From: a virus
Length of the DNA: 64,000 nt
Reading direction: 5' to 3' (one strand)
Virus record (IMG/VR): IMGVR_UViG_3300009506_000002
Location: 1-64,000 of that record
In this document: piece after piece, positions 26,724 to 36,600 of the stretch
Numbering within the stretch: position 1 is the first letter of the stretch
How the letters are laid out: every line of letters starts with the position of its first letter
The notes under the pieces: generated by a model
Told to the model about the DNA's origin: nothing
The model's input: the letters and a program-made list of their open reading frames with translations, nothing else
The model's database searches: none
Position numbers and translations under genes: made by a program

Positions 26724-27262
26724 GTGGTTATTCGTTGGAACTTGACGTTCGGGTATTGCTTGGCATATTTATCCAGCAATTCCGCTGCCTTGTCGTCAGT
26801 CATGACGTTGATCGAAGCGCAGCAACCAACCAGTTTCGGAAGCATTGCCTCAATCTGCTCGAGGTCAAGAGCGGTGGTTTTGAGATACAGGTTGATCTTG
26901 CCGACAGCGTTCACTCCCCACATTGTTTCGCGGAATGTGCCATCAGTCACGCAAGAGCGGAGATTTACGATTGACGAATACTGGATTCCTTTGTCTGCAA
27001 GGTAGCTGACAAGCTCTGAATCAATCTCTGGCGCGTTTTCGAGAACCAAGTTGCTTGTAGAGTAGTCGATATTGACGCTCTTGGTGATAGGGACTTCGTC
27101 AACTTCACACTCGGATTCGATGTTGTAGACGCTCGGGTCGAATTGTGAGTAGCCAAACCTCGAGGAGAAGCAGATGCTTCCATGCTGACCAAAGACTGTC
27201 CGAGCAGTGTCAAGGTAGCGCTCGAGCGCGTTGTCAACGAACAGGTCGATCATGTGTGGCAC
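26720..27262 (-). CDS. Hypothetical protein
   Basis: ORF in operon. Confidence 0.65.
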   Translation of the reverse strand: MPHMIDLFVDNALERYLDTARTVFGQHGSICFSSRFGYSQFDPSVYNIESECEVDEVPITKSVNIDYSTSNLVLENAPEIDSELVSYLADKGIQYSSIVNLRSCVTDGTFRETMWGVNAVGKINLYLKTTALDLEQIEAMLPKLVGCCASINVMTDDKAAELLDKYAKQYPNVKFQRITT

Positions 27263-27489
27263 TTTTCAATGCCGAGCATAATGGCAGAGCCCTTCTCCAA
27301 ACAGGAGATAGGACTGCGCCCGTGGTAATGCTGCAGGTTGTATGAATCAAAGCCACGGTAGATTTTCTGCTCCTCGCGCGTCAGCTTCTCGACGTATGCA
27401 AGGATTTTCTCAAGGTCGCAAACGGCATACGCCACGAGCAAGTCGTGGCGTTTACCTAGGTGATCAGGCTTAGTGGTGATCAGTTTCAC
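27250..27489 (-). CDS. Hypothetical protein
   Basis: Coupled ORF. Confidence 0.55.
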   Translation of the reverse strand: MKLITTKPDHLGKRHDLLVAYAVCDLEKILAYVEKLTREEQKIYRGFDSYNLQHYHGRSPISCLEKGSAIMLGIEKCHT

Positions 27490-28637
27490 GCTTCGGCCTC
27501 GTCAATTTCAACCTTGCGGAGGCCTGCGTCGATCTGCTGGTACAGCTCTACGAAGCTTTCCTTCACGTCATCGTTGAAGCGGTTGGTCGCGTAGTTGACT
27601 GACTTCTGGATGTCCTTGCCAAAGATGAAGTAGGACTTCACAGTGTCAACCAGTCGGCGAGTAGAGATCAGCTCGTCAATTGCGCCTTCCAGGAAGGTGT
27701 CACGGGTGATCTTGCCCCACTGTACGAGGTTCTGAAGGACCTCTTCAGTGCGATCGTCAACAGTGCCGAAGTCCATTGCGTAGTTGCGCAGGATCTTGAG
27801 CTCGGTTGCAGCGGACGGGTATGGCTGCTCGATGGTGATTGAGAAGCGGTCGAGGAAGGCTTCGTTCAGGTTGTTGGTGCCCATGAAGCGGCCATCGTCT
27901 GAACCCTTACCCTTAGTGTTGGCAGTTGCAAACACCTGGAAGCCTGGTGTTGGCATCAGCTTCTTGCCCAGCTTCTTGATGAAGATCGGCTTGCCCTCAA
28001 GTACAGCCTGCAGAACCACGACCTTGTTAGAGTCAGCCAGATCAAGCTCGTCAAGGATCAGCACAGCGCCACGGAGGTAAGCCTCGGCAACCGGACCATA
28101 CTGGAACACAGTGTCACCTTCAATGAGTCGCATACCGCCAAGCAGGTCATCCTCATTGGTTTCGCGCGTGAAGTTTACGCGGATGACTTCACGGACAGAG
28201 CTGGCGCAAGCCTGCTCGATTGAAGTGGTTTTACCGTTACCGGAGAGGCCAGTAACGAAGGTCGGGAAGAACATGCGGGATTTCACGATCATGTTGATGT
28301 CGGTGAAGTTGCCCCACTTGATGAAGTGTGGGTCAATCTGCTGAAGGTAGGTTTCATCGCTGTTACGCACAGCCTTGATTGAACCAATCATCTCAGACTG
28401 CATGGCTGGCGCTGGCGTATCTTCTTCGGAAGTGGCAGCGGTAGCAGAAGGAACGTTGACAGTTTCGCCAACAGAGAACATGCCCTCGCCTACTTTCTCT
28501 TTCCAAATCTCGCCTGGGATGAAAACGTTATTCTCGGCAGCTACTGCCTTGATCTGAGAGTCACTCAGAATGGTGGTTTTGAACATGGCCTGAGCCAGGG
28601 TGCTGAACTCCAGCATTGTTACACGACGTTTAGACAT
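27486..28637 (-). CDS. MoxR/CobS-like AAA+ ATPase
   Basis: 'GLSGNGKT', 'EDDLLGG', 'LILDE', 'ATANTKGKGSDDGRF.GTN.LNEAFL.RF', 'ISTRRL'. Confidence 0.93.
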   Translation of the reverse strand: MSKRRVTMLEFSTLAQAMFKTTILSDSQIKAVAAENNVFIPGEIWKEKVGEGMFSVGETVNVPSATAATSEEDTPAPAMQSEMIGSIKAVRNSDETYLQQIDPHFIKWGNFTDINMIVKSRMFFPTFVTGLSGNGKTTSIEQACASSVREVIRVNFTRETNEDDLLGGMRLIEGDTVFQYGPVAEAYLRGAVLILDELDLADSNKVVVLQAVLEGKPIFIKKLGKKLMPTPGFQVFATANTKGKGSDDGRFMGTNNLNEAFLDRFSITIEQPYPSAATELKILRNYAMDFGTVDDRTEEVLQNLVQWGKITRDTFLEGAIDELISTRRLVDTVKSYFIFGKDIQKSVNYATNRFNDDVKESFVELYQQIDAGLRKVEIDEAEA

Positions 28638-28653
28638 AATTAACTCCTCTAAT

Positions 28654-28781
28654 CACTCAATAGTGAAATTCTAGCATAATTCGGCGCCTTTGTCAAGAAC
28701 TTTCTTTGAGCTCTTTTTGACCAGTGCGCCTGCTCACTCACTCAATGGTGATATTCTAGCAGAAACGTGGCCTTTTGTCAA
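28654..28781 (-). promoter_or_regulatory. Two tandem early promoters TTGACA-N17-TAGAAT, each with a downstream ATTGAGTG box
   Basis: Matches at 28696..28668 and 28781..28753. Confidence 0.85.
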
Positions 28782-28862
28782 GCAAAAGATTGCTAGTCAG
28801 GAACCTATTCACAGTGACCAGATTCCTGATTGTTTCTAGTAAGTTACGCAAGAAAAATCTAT

Positions 28863-29051
28863 TCAGCGAAGCGCAGGAACCTGGTTCCAGTTCTTCTCGG
28901 CGAGTGCTTCTGCCTTGATGATCAGCTCTTTCGTCAAGGTCACATTCAGGTCACCTGCAGAGATACGCAATGTCTCGTTGACATTGATGGCGTAGATCCA
29001 TGAGCAGGTGATAGCCCATGCCAGTTCTTCAATGATCTTATCTTGTGTCAT
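28863..29051 (-). CDS. Hypothetical protein
   Basis: Coupled ORF. Confidence 0.55.
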   Translation of the reverse strand: MTQDKIIEELAWAITCSWIYAINVNETLRISAGDLNVTLTKELIIKAEALAEKNWNQVPALR

Positions 29052-31162
29052 GCCATAGTCTCCATGAATAGTGAGATGAATACCTTGCTTCCAGCACGCG
29101 CACGCGCCAGTCGACGGAATGATGCCGCTGCGTCCTTGCCCTCTTTTACTTCCAGGCCATCGGCTACAGAAAGCTTGTCACGGTTTGCCATAACCATGTA
29201 GAGGTCAACCACGCCCTCAAACATGCCACGCAGAGGAGCAACGGTGTTCTTTGAAGATGCTGCAATTGCATCATCCAGACCATCTTTGCTCCAGTGAGCG
29301 TGACGGATCTCTTTTGGTGAACCCATGAAGAGCACAGTCATACGCGAACCAGTCCGTGACTTGTAGATGTCGTAAGCGGTCTGGGTGTGGTTTGAGTAGC
29401 CAAACTTGTAAGCCTTGCGAGTCACAGTGTCAAGCAGACGTGGAGTCGGAGACCGAGAACTTGCGCCGCCGATAGTGTTAATGTCTGAGGAAGCGCCATC
29501 AGTCAGGAACACGCTGTTCAGGATTTCAATGCCGTTCTGGACGCGCCACTTTGCAACAACAGATGACAGGACGATTGCCGTTGAGGTCAGCGGAGTTGTG
29601 CCGCTGATGTAACGGAACCATCTATCTACATCGTACATGGTTTCCAGTGCGCGATGGAAGTCCTTGTTGCTCTTGGTATCAACCAGCTCCAGGATGATGG
29701 TGCCTGACTCGGCTACAACGCTCTTCACAGAAGAATCAACGAAGCGCTCGCCACGCTTGTCTTCGATGATCTTGTTGAAGCGGTAGGACGAAGTGAAGCC
29801 ATACACCTTGAGCGGGATGCCTGCCTGCTTGGCAAACATTGACAGCAGGATAGCTTGCTTCATGACGTTGGAGATCTGCTTGTGCATTGAGCCGGACAGG
29901 TCAATGGTCAGTACCAGGCCATGATTCTTGCCCTGCGGAGCACGATCTTCGCGGATGAAGATGTCATCGTTGAACTTGTACTCGGAGAGACGTGAAACGT
30001 CAAGCTCGCCAGTCTTGTGAGAGCTAGTGCCAACCCACTCAGAAGCGCGGCGCTTGGCTTCGAACTGTTTTACCATAGTCATGACCTGAGGACGCAGTGA
30101 AGCAATGAAGTTCTGTGCCTTTGCGCCGCCAGACATAACCCATGACAGGTTCTCGTCAAGGTATGCTGCCCACTCTTTGTAGGTAATGATGTTTGCGTCG
30201 TCAAGGTGACCGCAAACTGCATCTTCTGCCATGTTTTCACCGTCAACCAGTGACTCTGCCATCTTCTCAAAGTGGTCGTAGGTCTCAGACTCAAACTCTT
30301 CGTCATCCTCGTCCTGCTCTTCTTCGTCGGTGTCAGGAGTCTCGTCAGTTTGTACAGTGGTCTCTTCCTCAGTCTCAGACTCATCCTCGTCCTTCTCTTC
30401 TTCAGTCTTTTCAGACTTGTCAGTGGCAGTATCTTCAGACTCTTCTGCATCACCCTCATCGGATTCAGTAGTGATCTTTGAGGTCTCTTCATCAGCAGGA
30501 GGAGTTGCATCTTCCTCGTCGTCCTCGTCAGCCATTGGGACAGGGCGGATTACGCTGTCTTCATCTTCAGGCATTGGTGGCAGTACAATCTCTTCCTGCG
30601 CTTTCTTCTGAGCCTTCAGGAATGCTTTGACTTCCTTACCCAGGGTCAGTACATCTTCGAAGGATGAAGTCAGGAATGCTTTGTCAACAAGCTTCTGCTC
30701 TTCATCGCTGAACTTGACATCGAGGCCTGGAACAGCGTCACGGCACTTTGCGTAAACGTTCAGGCGATCAAGGAAAGGACGGTTGTTGATGCTGATCTTG
30801 TCAACACCGAAGAAGTTGTCATTGAACAGGTGCTCGCACATCTCAATCATGTACAGAGCGGAACCCTTGTACTTGCGCTTGACGAGCTTCTCGATGCGCA
30901 CGTCTTCCAGGATGTTGAGGATTGAAGTAGGCTTAGTGCCAGCCGGGGTGTAAATGGCGTGGCCGATCTCATGAGCGTTGAAGCCAAAGCGCACGCACTC
31001 TGGAGCTTCTTTCACGAAGTTTGGTAGCGTCAGGACGCGCGTATCAGGATGAAAGGAAGCAGTCGCCGTGTTGGCAAAGCGCACAACCAGGTTTTCCTGC
31101 GCCATCATACGCGCCAGGGTTGCTGCTTTCTGCTGATATACTGTGTCTACGTTGTGATTCAT
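29048..31162 (-). CDS. CobT-like peptidase/vWA-domain protein (partner of the AAA+ ATPase)
   Basis: HExxH 'HEIGHA', 'NILEDVRIE', acidic linker, MIDAS 'DLSGSM', 'TPL', 'LTDG'. Confidence 0.88.
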   Translation of the reverse strand: MNHNVDTVYQQKAATLARMMAQENLVVRFANTATASFHPDTRVLTLPNFVKEAPECVRFGFNAHEIGHAIYTPAGTKPTSILNILEDVRIEKLVKRKYKGSALYMIEMCEHLFNDNFFGVDKISINNRPFLDRLNVYAKCRDAVPGLDVKFSDEEQKLVDKAFLTSSFEDVLTLGKEVKAFLKAQKKAQEEIVLPPMPEDEDSVIRPVPMADEDDEEDATPPADEETSKITTESDEGDAEESEDTATDKSEKTEEEKDEDESETEEETTVQTDETPDTDEEEQDEDDEEFESETYDHFEKMAESLVDGENMAEDAVCGHLDDANIITYKEWAAYLDENLSWVMSGGAKAQNFIASLRPQVMTMVKQFEAKRRASEWVGTSSHKTGELDVSRLSEYKFNDDIFIREDRAPQGKNHGLVLTIDLSGSMHKQISNVMKQAILLSMFAKQAGIPLKVYGFTSSYRFNKIIEDKRGERFVDSSVKSVVAESGTIILELVDTKSNKDFHRALETMYDVDRWFRYISGTTPLTSTAIVLSSVVAKWRVQNGIEILNSVFLTDGASSDINTIGGASSRSPTPRLLDTVTRKAYKFGYSNHTQTAYDIYKSRTGSRMTVLFMGSPKEIRHAHWSKDGLDDAIAASSKNTVAPLRGMFEGVVDLYMVMANRDKLSVADGLEVKEGKDAAASFRRLARARAGSKVFISLFMETMA

Positions 31163-31175
31163 AATAACCTCTATT

Positions 31176-31218
31176 CACTCAATAGTGATATTCTACACGA
31201 AACGGCACCGTTTGTCAA
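31176..31218 (-). promoter_or_regulatory. Early promoter TTGACA-N17-TAGAAT plus ATTGAGTG box
   Basis: Consensus match. Confidence 0.85.
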
Positions 31219-31239
31219 GAAAAAGATTTCATCTTTTTC

Positions 31240-31458
31240 TCAAGGCTTGATGTGCTTATGAGACTCCTCGATACCGGGCATGGCAAACTCACAGAGCTTG
31301 CGGTAGACATGCGCAGGGATCTTGATAGCCACGCGCTGATCCTGATCATCCCAGCAACCCAGAACAACGTAGCGAGCAGGGTTGATGTTGTCGTCGGCGA
31401 TCTCGCGCAGCAGGTCCTCTGCTTTGGCGGTACGTGCGTCGATGGTTCTTTCGTTCAT
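31240..31458 (-). CDS. Hypothetical protein
   Basis: GAGGAG SD. Confidence 0.65.
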   Translation of the reverse strand: MNERTIDARTAKAEDLLREIADDNINPARYVVLGCWDDQDQRVAIKIPAHVYRKLCEFAMPGIEESHKHIKP

Positions 31459-31468
31459 GATAAACTCC

Positions 31469-31687
31469 TCAGAACTTCAATTTGCCTTCGTAGAAGCGTT
31501 TGTGAACCACGCAAGAACGCACGAAGCGAGAGCGATATGGCTCTACCTGCGTATGGTTGAACTTCTTTGAAAGCAAAGACTTCTTGTAAATGGTATAGGT
31601 GCGACGGGCAAAGTCTTTTGCGTATTCCTCACCATGCTTTTCAGTCAAGAATTTCAGTCGCTGTCCGTCTTGGCATAATGTAGTCAT
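31469..31687 (-). CDS. Hypothetical protein
   Basis: GAGGT SD before MTTLC. Confidence 0.6.
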   Translation of the reverse strand: MTTLCQDGQRLKFLTEKHGEEYAKDFARRTYTIYKKSLLSKKFNHTQVEPYRSRFVRSCVVHKRFYEGKLKF

Positions 31688-31695
31688 CTTTACCT

Positions 31696-31738
31696 CACTC
31701 AATAAGTGAAGTCTACACTAAACGGGACCTTTTGTCAA
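31696..31738 (-). promoter_or_regulatory. Early promoter TTGACA-N17-TAGACT plus ATTGAGTG box
   Basis: Consensus match. Confidence 0.85.
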
Positions 31739-31740
31739 GT

Positions 31741-32553
31741 CTAGATTTCAACAACCCGTGATCGGTCAAACAGATTAACCGCTGGCTCAAAACCAAGGTA
31801 TCCGTGAGGGTTACAGACAACGCGAGTATCGTAGACAGTGTAGTCGAGCTGCTCGTGAGTGTGCCCGTGAATCCAGAGCTTGACGTTGTACATATAAGGA
31901 AGCATGTCCGTGCAGTAGTAGCCGTTCATGAACGTGTCGTGCTTGTACTTTGCATGAATCGATTTCGTGCATGGCAGGAAGTGACTGACCACAACGTCGA
32001 TGTCGCGCTCGCGTGATTTGTTCAGCAGTCCGTTACAGAACTTCTTATGCTCACGTCGCATGTCATCAGGACGGAACAACTTGATTTTCTTGAAGTCGTT
32101 TAGCTGGCGCTGATAGAGGAAATCCCATGCAGGGTCAAGGCGTGACCACTGGGTGCCTCCGTAGAAATTGACACCATCAATCTCCGCAATCTCATTGTAG
32201 AGAATGTGGATGTTGGGATTTGATGCGTAGCGCATCTGTAGCTCGTGAACTTTGCACAGGCGAGAGCGCCAGAAATCGTGGTTTCCAGGAACGAACAGAA
32301 CATGGCGTGCCAGTGTGAGTGCTTCGTTGAAGATCACATCGTAGTCCTCGAATCGGCGCATGTATTCAATGTCGCCAGCAAGAACCAAGACATCGATGTC
32401 ATCGCCTGCATAGTCGAAGTAGAAGTGCGCGCCAGTGCCAAAATTGTCTGCACGCATTTGAGCCTCAGGACTCAGGCGTGGGTAGCCACGAACTCCTTCG
32501 ATGCTGTTACGTAGAAACTCTCGATGTAGGTCGGATCCGAACTGAATTTTCAT
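31741..32553 (-). CDS. Calcineurin-like metallophosphoesterase
   Basis: 'SDLH', 'LAGD', 'PGNHD', 'WIHGHTH', 'CNPHGY'. Confidence 0.92.
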   Translation of the reverse strand: MKIQFGSDLHREFLRNSIEGVRGYPRLSPEAQMRADNFGTGAHFYFDYAGDDIDVLVLAGDIEYMRRFEDYDVIFNEALTLARHVLFVPGNHDFWRSRLCKVHELQMRYASNPNIHILYNEIAEIDGVNFYGGTQWSRLDPAWDFLYQRQLNDFKKIKLFRPDDMRREHKKFCNGLLNKSRERDIDVVVSHFLPCTKSIHAKYKHDTFMNGYYCTDMLPYMYNVKLWIHGHTHEQLDYTVYDTRVVCNPHGYLGFEPAVNLFDRSRVVEI

Positions 32554-32559
32554 GGCGTA

Positions 32560-32588
32560 ACTCTACACGATTTCATTCGGTTTGTCAA
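32560..32588 (-). promoter_or_regulatory. Promoter TTGACA-N17-TAGAGT; predicted leaderless mRNA
   Basis: The -10 ends 6 nt before the ATG at 32553. Confidence 0.75.
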
Positions 32589-34309
32589 GACTCCATCATC
32601 ACCGAAAAGTCATCTACCAGTTTGTACTCGAGACAGCGCGCGAACTGATCGGTGATTGTGTTGTCATGAGTGATGACAAAGATGTTCGAATTGTCTGTTG
32701 TCTCTTCAATGATGCGCATAAAGGCTTCTGTTCCTGCAGCGTCAAGCGAGCTCGAACCAATTTCGTCCAGAACCAGCAGGTTGCAGGAAGCAGAGTTGCG
32801 CAAGCGTGCCAGCTCGCGCCAGGTGAAGAGTAGTGCCAAGTCAATTCGCATCTTCTGACCTTCAGAGAAGTTTGCATAGCTGAATTGGTCGCGGTGGCGT
32901 GACTTCAAGGTCTCGTTGAAGCTCTCATCGAATGTGAACTCACAAGGGAACTCTAAGATTTCCAGATACTTACGGATCAGGCTATTGATTGTTGGCAGAT
33001 AGTTCCTGATGATCTGACTCTTGATGCCGCTGTCCTTAAGCAGTGATGAGATCAAGGAATAATACTGACCAGTATCTGCCAAGCCACCCTTGTCCTTGAT
33101 CATTTTCGACAAATCATCACCGAGGCCCTGTATCTCTTTGTCTACGTCGGAAGCGCTCTCGTTGGTGTTTTCATCCTGAATCTTCTTATTCGCAGTCTCC
33201 AGGGCTTTTACGTGCTCTGAGATGGTCCGAATACGAGTATTGTTGCTCGCAACCTTTCTTTCATTCTCAGAAATGTATTTTTGTACTTCTGAGATGTGAC
33301 CCAAGCGCGCTGACAGTGAAGACAGTCGGCTTTCAGCCATATCGATAGCCTTAGAGCACTCGTCAACCTTCTTCTGGCATGAATCAATTGATTCTGCCTT
33401 GAACTCTTTGTGGATTGGCTGGCTACACGTAGGGCACTCATCGTTCTCCTTGAAGAAGACGATCTCACGCTCATTCTTGTTCTGGTTCTTTTTGATGGTT
33501 GAGATAAGTAGCGATAGCTCGGATGATGTCTTGTTGACCTTTGTCTCGTCAGTCACTTCCTCAAGAGCTTCATCAATGGCAGCATGAATGATCTCACTCT
33601 CTTTCTCAATGGCTTCAATATCGGCACGATACTGGGCGATCTGGCGCTCGTTTTCAGCAACCTGCTCACCTTTGGCAGCGGCCAATTCGTCACGGTGCTG
33701 TTCCTTGAGTTCGATCTTGGTGCGCACCATCTTGATCTGGTTTTGCAGTTCGGAGTATTTGGTTGCCAGCGTTGCGCCGCGCGTCTTGAGGATTTGGTTC
33801 ATCAGTGAGAAGACCTGAATGTCTAGGATCTCCTCAATCACCTTGCGGCGATCATTGGTGCATAGGCGCATGAAAGGCACGAAGGTGGTTGAACCCAGGA
33901 AGACGATCTGCTTCATTGTGGTAGAGTTCATCTTCAGGATTGAGTTTTCAAGGTAGTCTTGGTAGTCCTTCAACCCTGCAGAGTTTTCCTTCAGAACACC
34001 ATCAATGAAGATGTCAAAGATGTTGGGCTTGATACCACGGCGCACCTTATATTTCTTCTTGTCGATGGTGAAGTCAAGCTCTACAAGACAGTTCTTCTGG
34101 TTGATGCTGTTCACAACCTGCGCCTGTTTCAGCTTACGATACGGCTTGCCATACAGAGCAAAATAAACCGCATCGATGATGCCAGCAGACTTGCCTGCGC
34201 CATTGTCTCCAATGATCAGTGTCGTGTTGGTCTTGTCTAACTGGATTTCAATGAAACGATTACCGGCTGATAAGAAATTCTTATACCTAACCTTGTTGAA
34301 TACGATCAT
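32585..34309 (-). CDS. 46: Recombination ATPase gp46 (Rad50-like)
   Basis: 'GDNGAGKS', CPTC zinc hook, 'FSEGQKMRIDLALL', 'LDE'. Confidence 0.97.
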   Translation of the reverse strand: MIVFNKVRYKNFLSAGNRFIEIQLDKTNTTLIIGDNGAGKSAGIIDAVYFALYGKPYRKLKQAQVVNSINQKNCLVELDFTIDKKKYKVRRGIKPNIFDIFIDGVLKENSAGLKDYQDYLENSILKMNSTTMKQIVFLGSTTFVPFMRLCTNDRRKVIEEILDIQVFSLMNQILKTRGATLATKYSELQNQIKMVRTKIELKEQHRDELAAAKGEQVAENERQIAQYRADIEAIEKESEIIHAAIDEALEEVTDETKVNKTSSELSLLISTIKKNQNKNEREIVFFKENDECPTCSQPIHKEFKAESIDSCQKKVDECSKAIDMAESRLSSLSARLGHISEVQKYISENERKVASNNTRIRTISEHVKALETANKKIQDENTNESASDVDKEIQGLGDDLSKMIKDKGGLADTGQYYSLISSLLKDSGIKSQIIRNYLPTINSLIRKYLEILEFPCEFTFDESFNETLKSRHRDQFSYANFSEGQKMRIDLALLFTWRELARLRNSASCNLLVLDEIGSSSLDAAGTEAFMRIIEETTDNSNIFVITHDNTITDQFARCLEYKLVDDFSVMMES

Positions 34310-35383
34310 TTACTGGTCTCGTCCTAGCGCAACTGCTTCGGTGTAGAGCTCTTGTACGAGCTCTAGCATCTTATCTTCATTCAATTCCTCGTTTTCAGCA
34401 ATTGTTGAAACTGCTGCCTTCAGTACGGTCAAGGTGTCAAGTGCCTCAAAAGCCTCAACGTCTACGCCATCAACCAGCACAACATCGGACTCGACAATTG
34501 TGTAGTCGTGTGGCATTGCTGCCGCGATTTGGTCAAGGAACCAATCGTATTTCTTGGTATCCTTACGGTCGCGCACAATGACCTTGACGATTGCATCCTT
34601 CAGCTCTGTGAAGTCAAACTCGTCGTAGTCGACATCAGAGCAAAAGAATGCTTTGTGAAACATTCTATACGGATTCTCAACAAATGTCAAGTCTCCCGTT
34701 TCAGTGTCAAGGACATGGAAGCCGCGAGGGTCATCGTAGTCGCTCCAGGTGATTTCGTATGGCGTGCCAACGTAATCGATATTCTTCTGAGAAGATTTGG
34801 TGTGGTAGTGACCAGTGATAACCCTGTCGTAATGGCCGAACACGTTTGACTTGAGGCCACCATGTCCTGGGATGCCAGCGTACATATCGAAGCCCACAAT
34901 TTCAAAGTGGCCGACGCAGTAGTGGCTCTTGCTGTTCTTCATGAACTTGACAATCTCTTTCGAGTTGTACTTGTTGATCCATGGAATCATATCAATCGGG
35001 ACGCCATCAATGTCGATGGTTGTAGGCCCCGCGTCATGCACGTGGACGCAGTCACGCCACGCGAACAGCTCTTGCAGTGAGTTGATTTCGTTTGTGTAGC
35101 GATAGTAGATATCGTGATTGCCTGGGATGACGTGGAATTGCAAGCCATCAGCCAGCGTAGGCAGAACATCCATAAATCTGCGGTTGACTTCATGCAGCGT
35201 CTTGAAATTGACGCTCTTACGTCTGTCTATGAAGTCACCCGTCTGGATAACGTGGGTGATACCATGCTCTTTGATGTACGGGAAGACCACGCGCTCAAAG
35301 AACTTGAAGAAGTACTCTAGGAATACCTCAGAATCATTTCTCGCACCAAAATGGGTGTCGCCAATGATCACGACTTTAGCCAT
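34310..35383 (-). CDS. 47: Recombination nuclease gp47 (Mre11-like)
   Basis: 'GDTHFGAR', 'GNHD', 'GHFE', 'GHYH', 'W.D..D.RGFH'. Confidence 0.97.
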   Translation of the reverse strand: MAKVVIIGDTHFGARNDSEVFLEYFFKFFERVVFPYIKEHGITHVIQTGDFIDRRKSVNFKTLHEVNRRFMDVLPTLADGLQFHVIPGNHDIYYRYTNEINSLQELFAWRDCVHVHDAGPTTIDIDGVPIDMIPWINKYNSKEIVKFMKNSKSHYCVGHFEIVGFDMYAGIPGHGGLKSNVFGHYDRVITGHYHTKSSQKNIDYVGTPYEITWSDYDDPRGFHVLDTETGDLTFVENPYRMFHKAFFCSDVDYDEFDFTELKDAIVKVIVRDRKDTKKYDWFLDQIAAAMPHDYTIVESDVVLVDGVDVEAFEALDTLTVLKAAVSTIAENEELNEDKMLELVQELYTEAVALGRDQ

Positions 35384-35933
35384 CGCATACCTCGGTCAGA
35401 TCAACAGTGTCAGAGGTTGCCCTCTTCTTTCGTGGTGTTTGTTCCTCGTCCTTTTCATCCAAGTCGACTTCATAGAAGTCGCGCATGTAGTCAAGATATT
35501 GGTTGGAAAAATCGCAGTCATCATCGTGGGACTGGGTAGAAGCCTGCTGTAGCATTGCACCCGAGCGCTGCACGTAGCGCACCTTGGTGAAAAACAACTT
35601 CTTCTCTTTTTGGATACGGCGGATAAAAGCGAAGTAGCAAATCTGCGTGAAGTACCCGAACGGATTGTTGCTCTTGTCCGGGTCAAAGTTGTCAGCGTAC
35701 ATGACGCAATTCTCAATCGCGTCATCTACCATCTCATCCCTATAAGAATAGTTGATGAAATTAGGCTTGTATGAGAGTCGTTCGGCGATGAGCATGATTT
35801 TCTTGCCAATTGCGTCAGATAATCTTGGCTTTGGCTTACCAGCAGCTTCTGCCTCTTTCGCTAGGCGCTTGTATTCGACGAAATCAGAGAGGAACTCTTT
35901 GTTCGAAACGTAATGCGTTTTCTTCTTGCTCAT
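35376..35933 (-). CDS. 55: Late transcription sigma factor gp55
   Basis: 'HYVSNKEF', 'PNFINYSYRDEM', 'NPFGYFTQI...AF.RRI.KEK'. Confidence 0.96.
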   Translation of the reverse strand: MSKKKTHYVSNKEFLSDFVEYKRLAKEAEAAGKPKPRLSDAIGKKIMLIAERLSYKPNFINYSYRDEMVDDAIENCVMYADNFDPDKSNNPFGYFTQICYFAFIRRIQKEKKLFFTKVRYVQRSGAMLQQASTQSHDDDCDFSNQYLDYMRDFYEVDLDEKDEEQTPRKKRATSDTVDLTEVCDG

Positions 35934-35971
35934 GATTCTCCTAAATCATTGTATAGTACCTCACGGTGCAA

Positions 35972-36000
35972 ATTGTACAACATATTGGGGCACCTGTCAA
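35972..36000 (-). promoter_or_regulatory. Promoter TTGACA-N17-TACAAT for gene 55
   Basis: Consensus match. Confidence 0.8.
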
Positions 36001-36062
36001 GTCATATTTTTTCCTTATACCTAATTGCCCTTCCTATAAGAAATTGTTATGGTTATTTGGAC

Positions 36063-36091
36063 TTGACACGCGCTAAATATTCATGTATCAT
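36063..36091 (+). promoter_or_regulatory. Plus-strand promoter TTGACA-N17-TATCAT with an overlapping CTAAATA late-like motif
   Basis: The only clear promoter facing against the gene flow; points into a non-coding region. Confidence 0.7.
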
Positions 36092-36097
36092 TACAAC

Positions 36098-36600
36098 CTT
36101 GAAGAACACATCCATGATCTTGACGGTTATCTTTCAGGACCGATCATGGCAACAACTGAGAGCTCTCTGATCAGTCAAACGTGATGAGACCGCAACCATT
36201 TGACCCCTTGGTTGAATGCGAGCGCTTAATGAAGTCCTTGTGTTGGGACTAGAGGTTAAGCGGCAGCCAATATAAGTATCGCACGAAGTTTGGTTAGTCG
36301 TCAAAAAATGCCCTTGCCTAAGTCTTTTGATATGGTGAGGGATCGGCCGTGGGATTGAGGAAACAAAAAGTCACATCGTAGTTGAACGCCAGCTATGATC
36401 CCAGATGACGGAATGGCAATCGGTAATTCGTAAGCCGATACTGTCACGTCTATGTTCAATCAACAATTACAAAAAGCACCACGAGCTTCGAAGAAGCGAG
36501 ACCTGAGCAAAGCGAAGGTTAGATGGTTCACCACAATGCAAACCATTCAGGTTTGCTCCGCAAACCAGCTCGCTTCGCTCGCTACGCTCTCCCTCTGCGC
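36098..36600 (+). ncRNA. Putative structured non-coding RNA / R-loop origin region
   Basis: About 500 nt without a credible ORF; many nested inverted repeats; upstream promoter. Confidence 0.5.

Noticed and set aside
30250-30600. Low-complexity acidic stretch as a repeat element
   Set aside because: It is the ordinary Asp/Glu-rich linker of the CobT-like vWA protein
28654-31738. Repeated CACTCAAT...TTGTCAAG segments as a CRISPR array or mobile repeat
   Set aside because: They are dispersed, lack regular spacers and are fully explained as promoters
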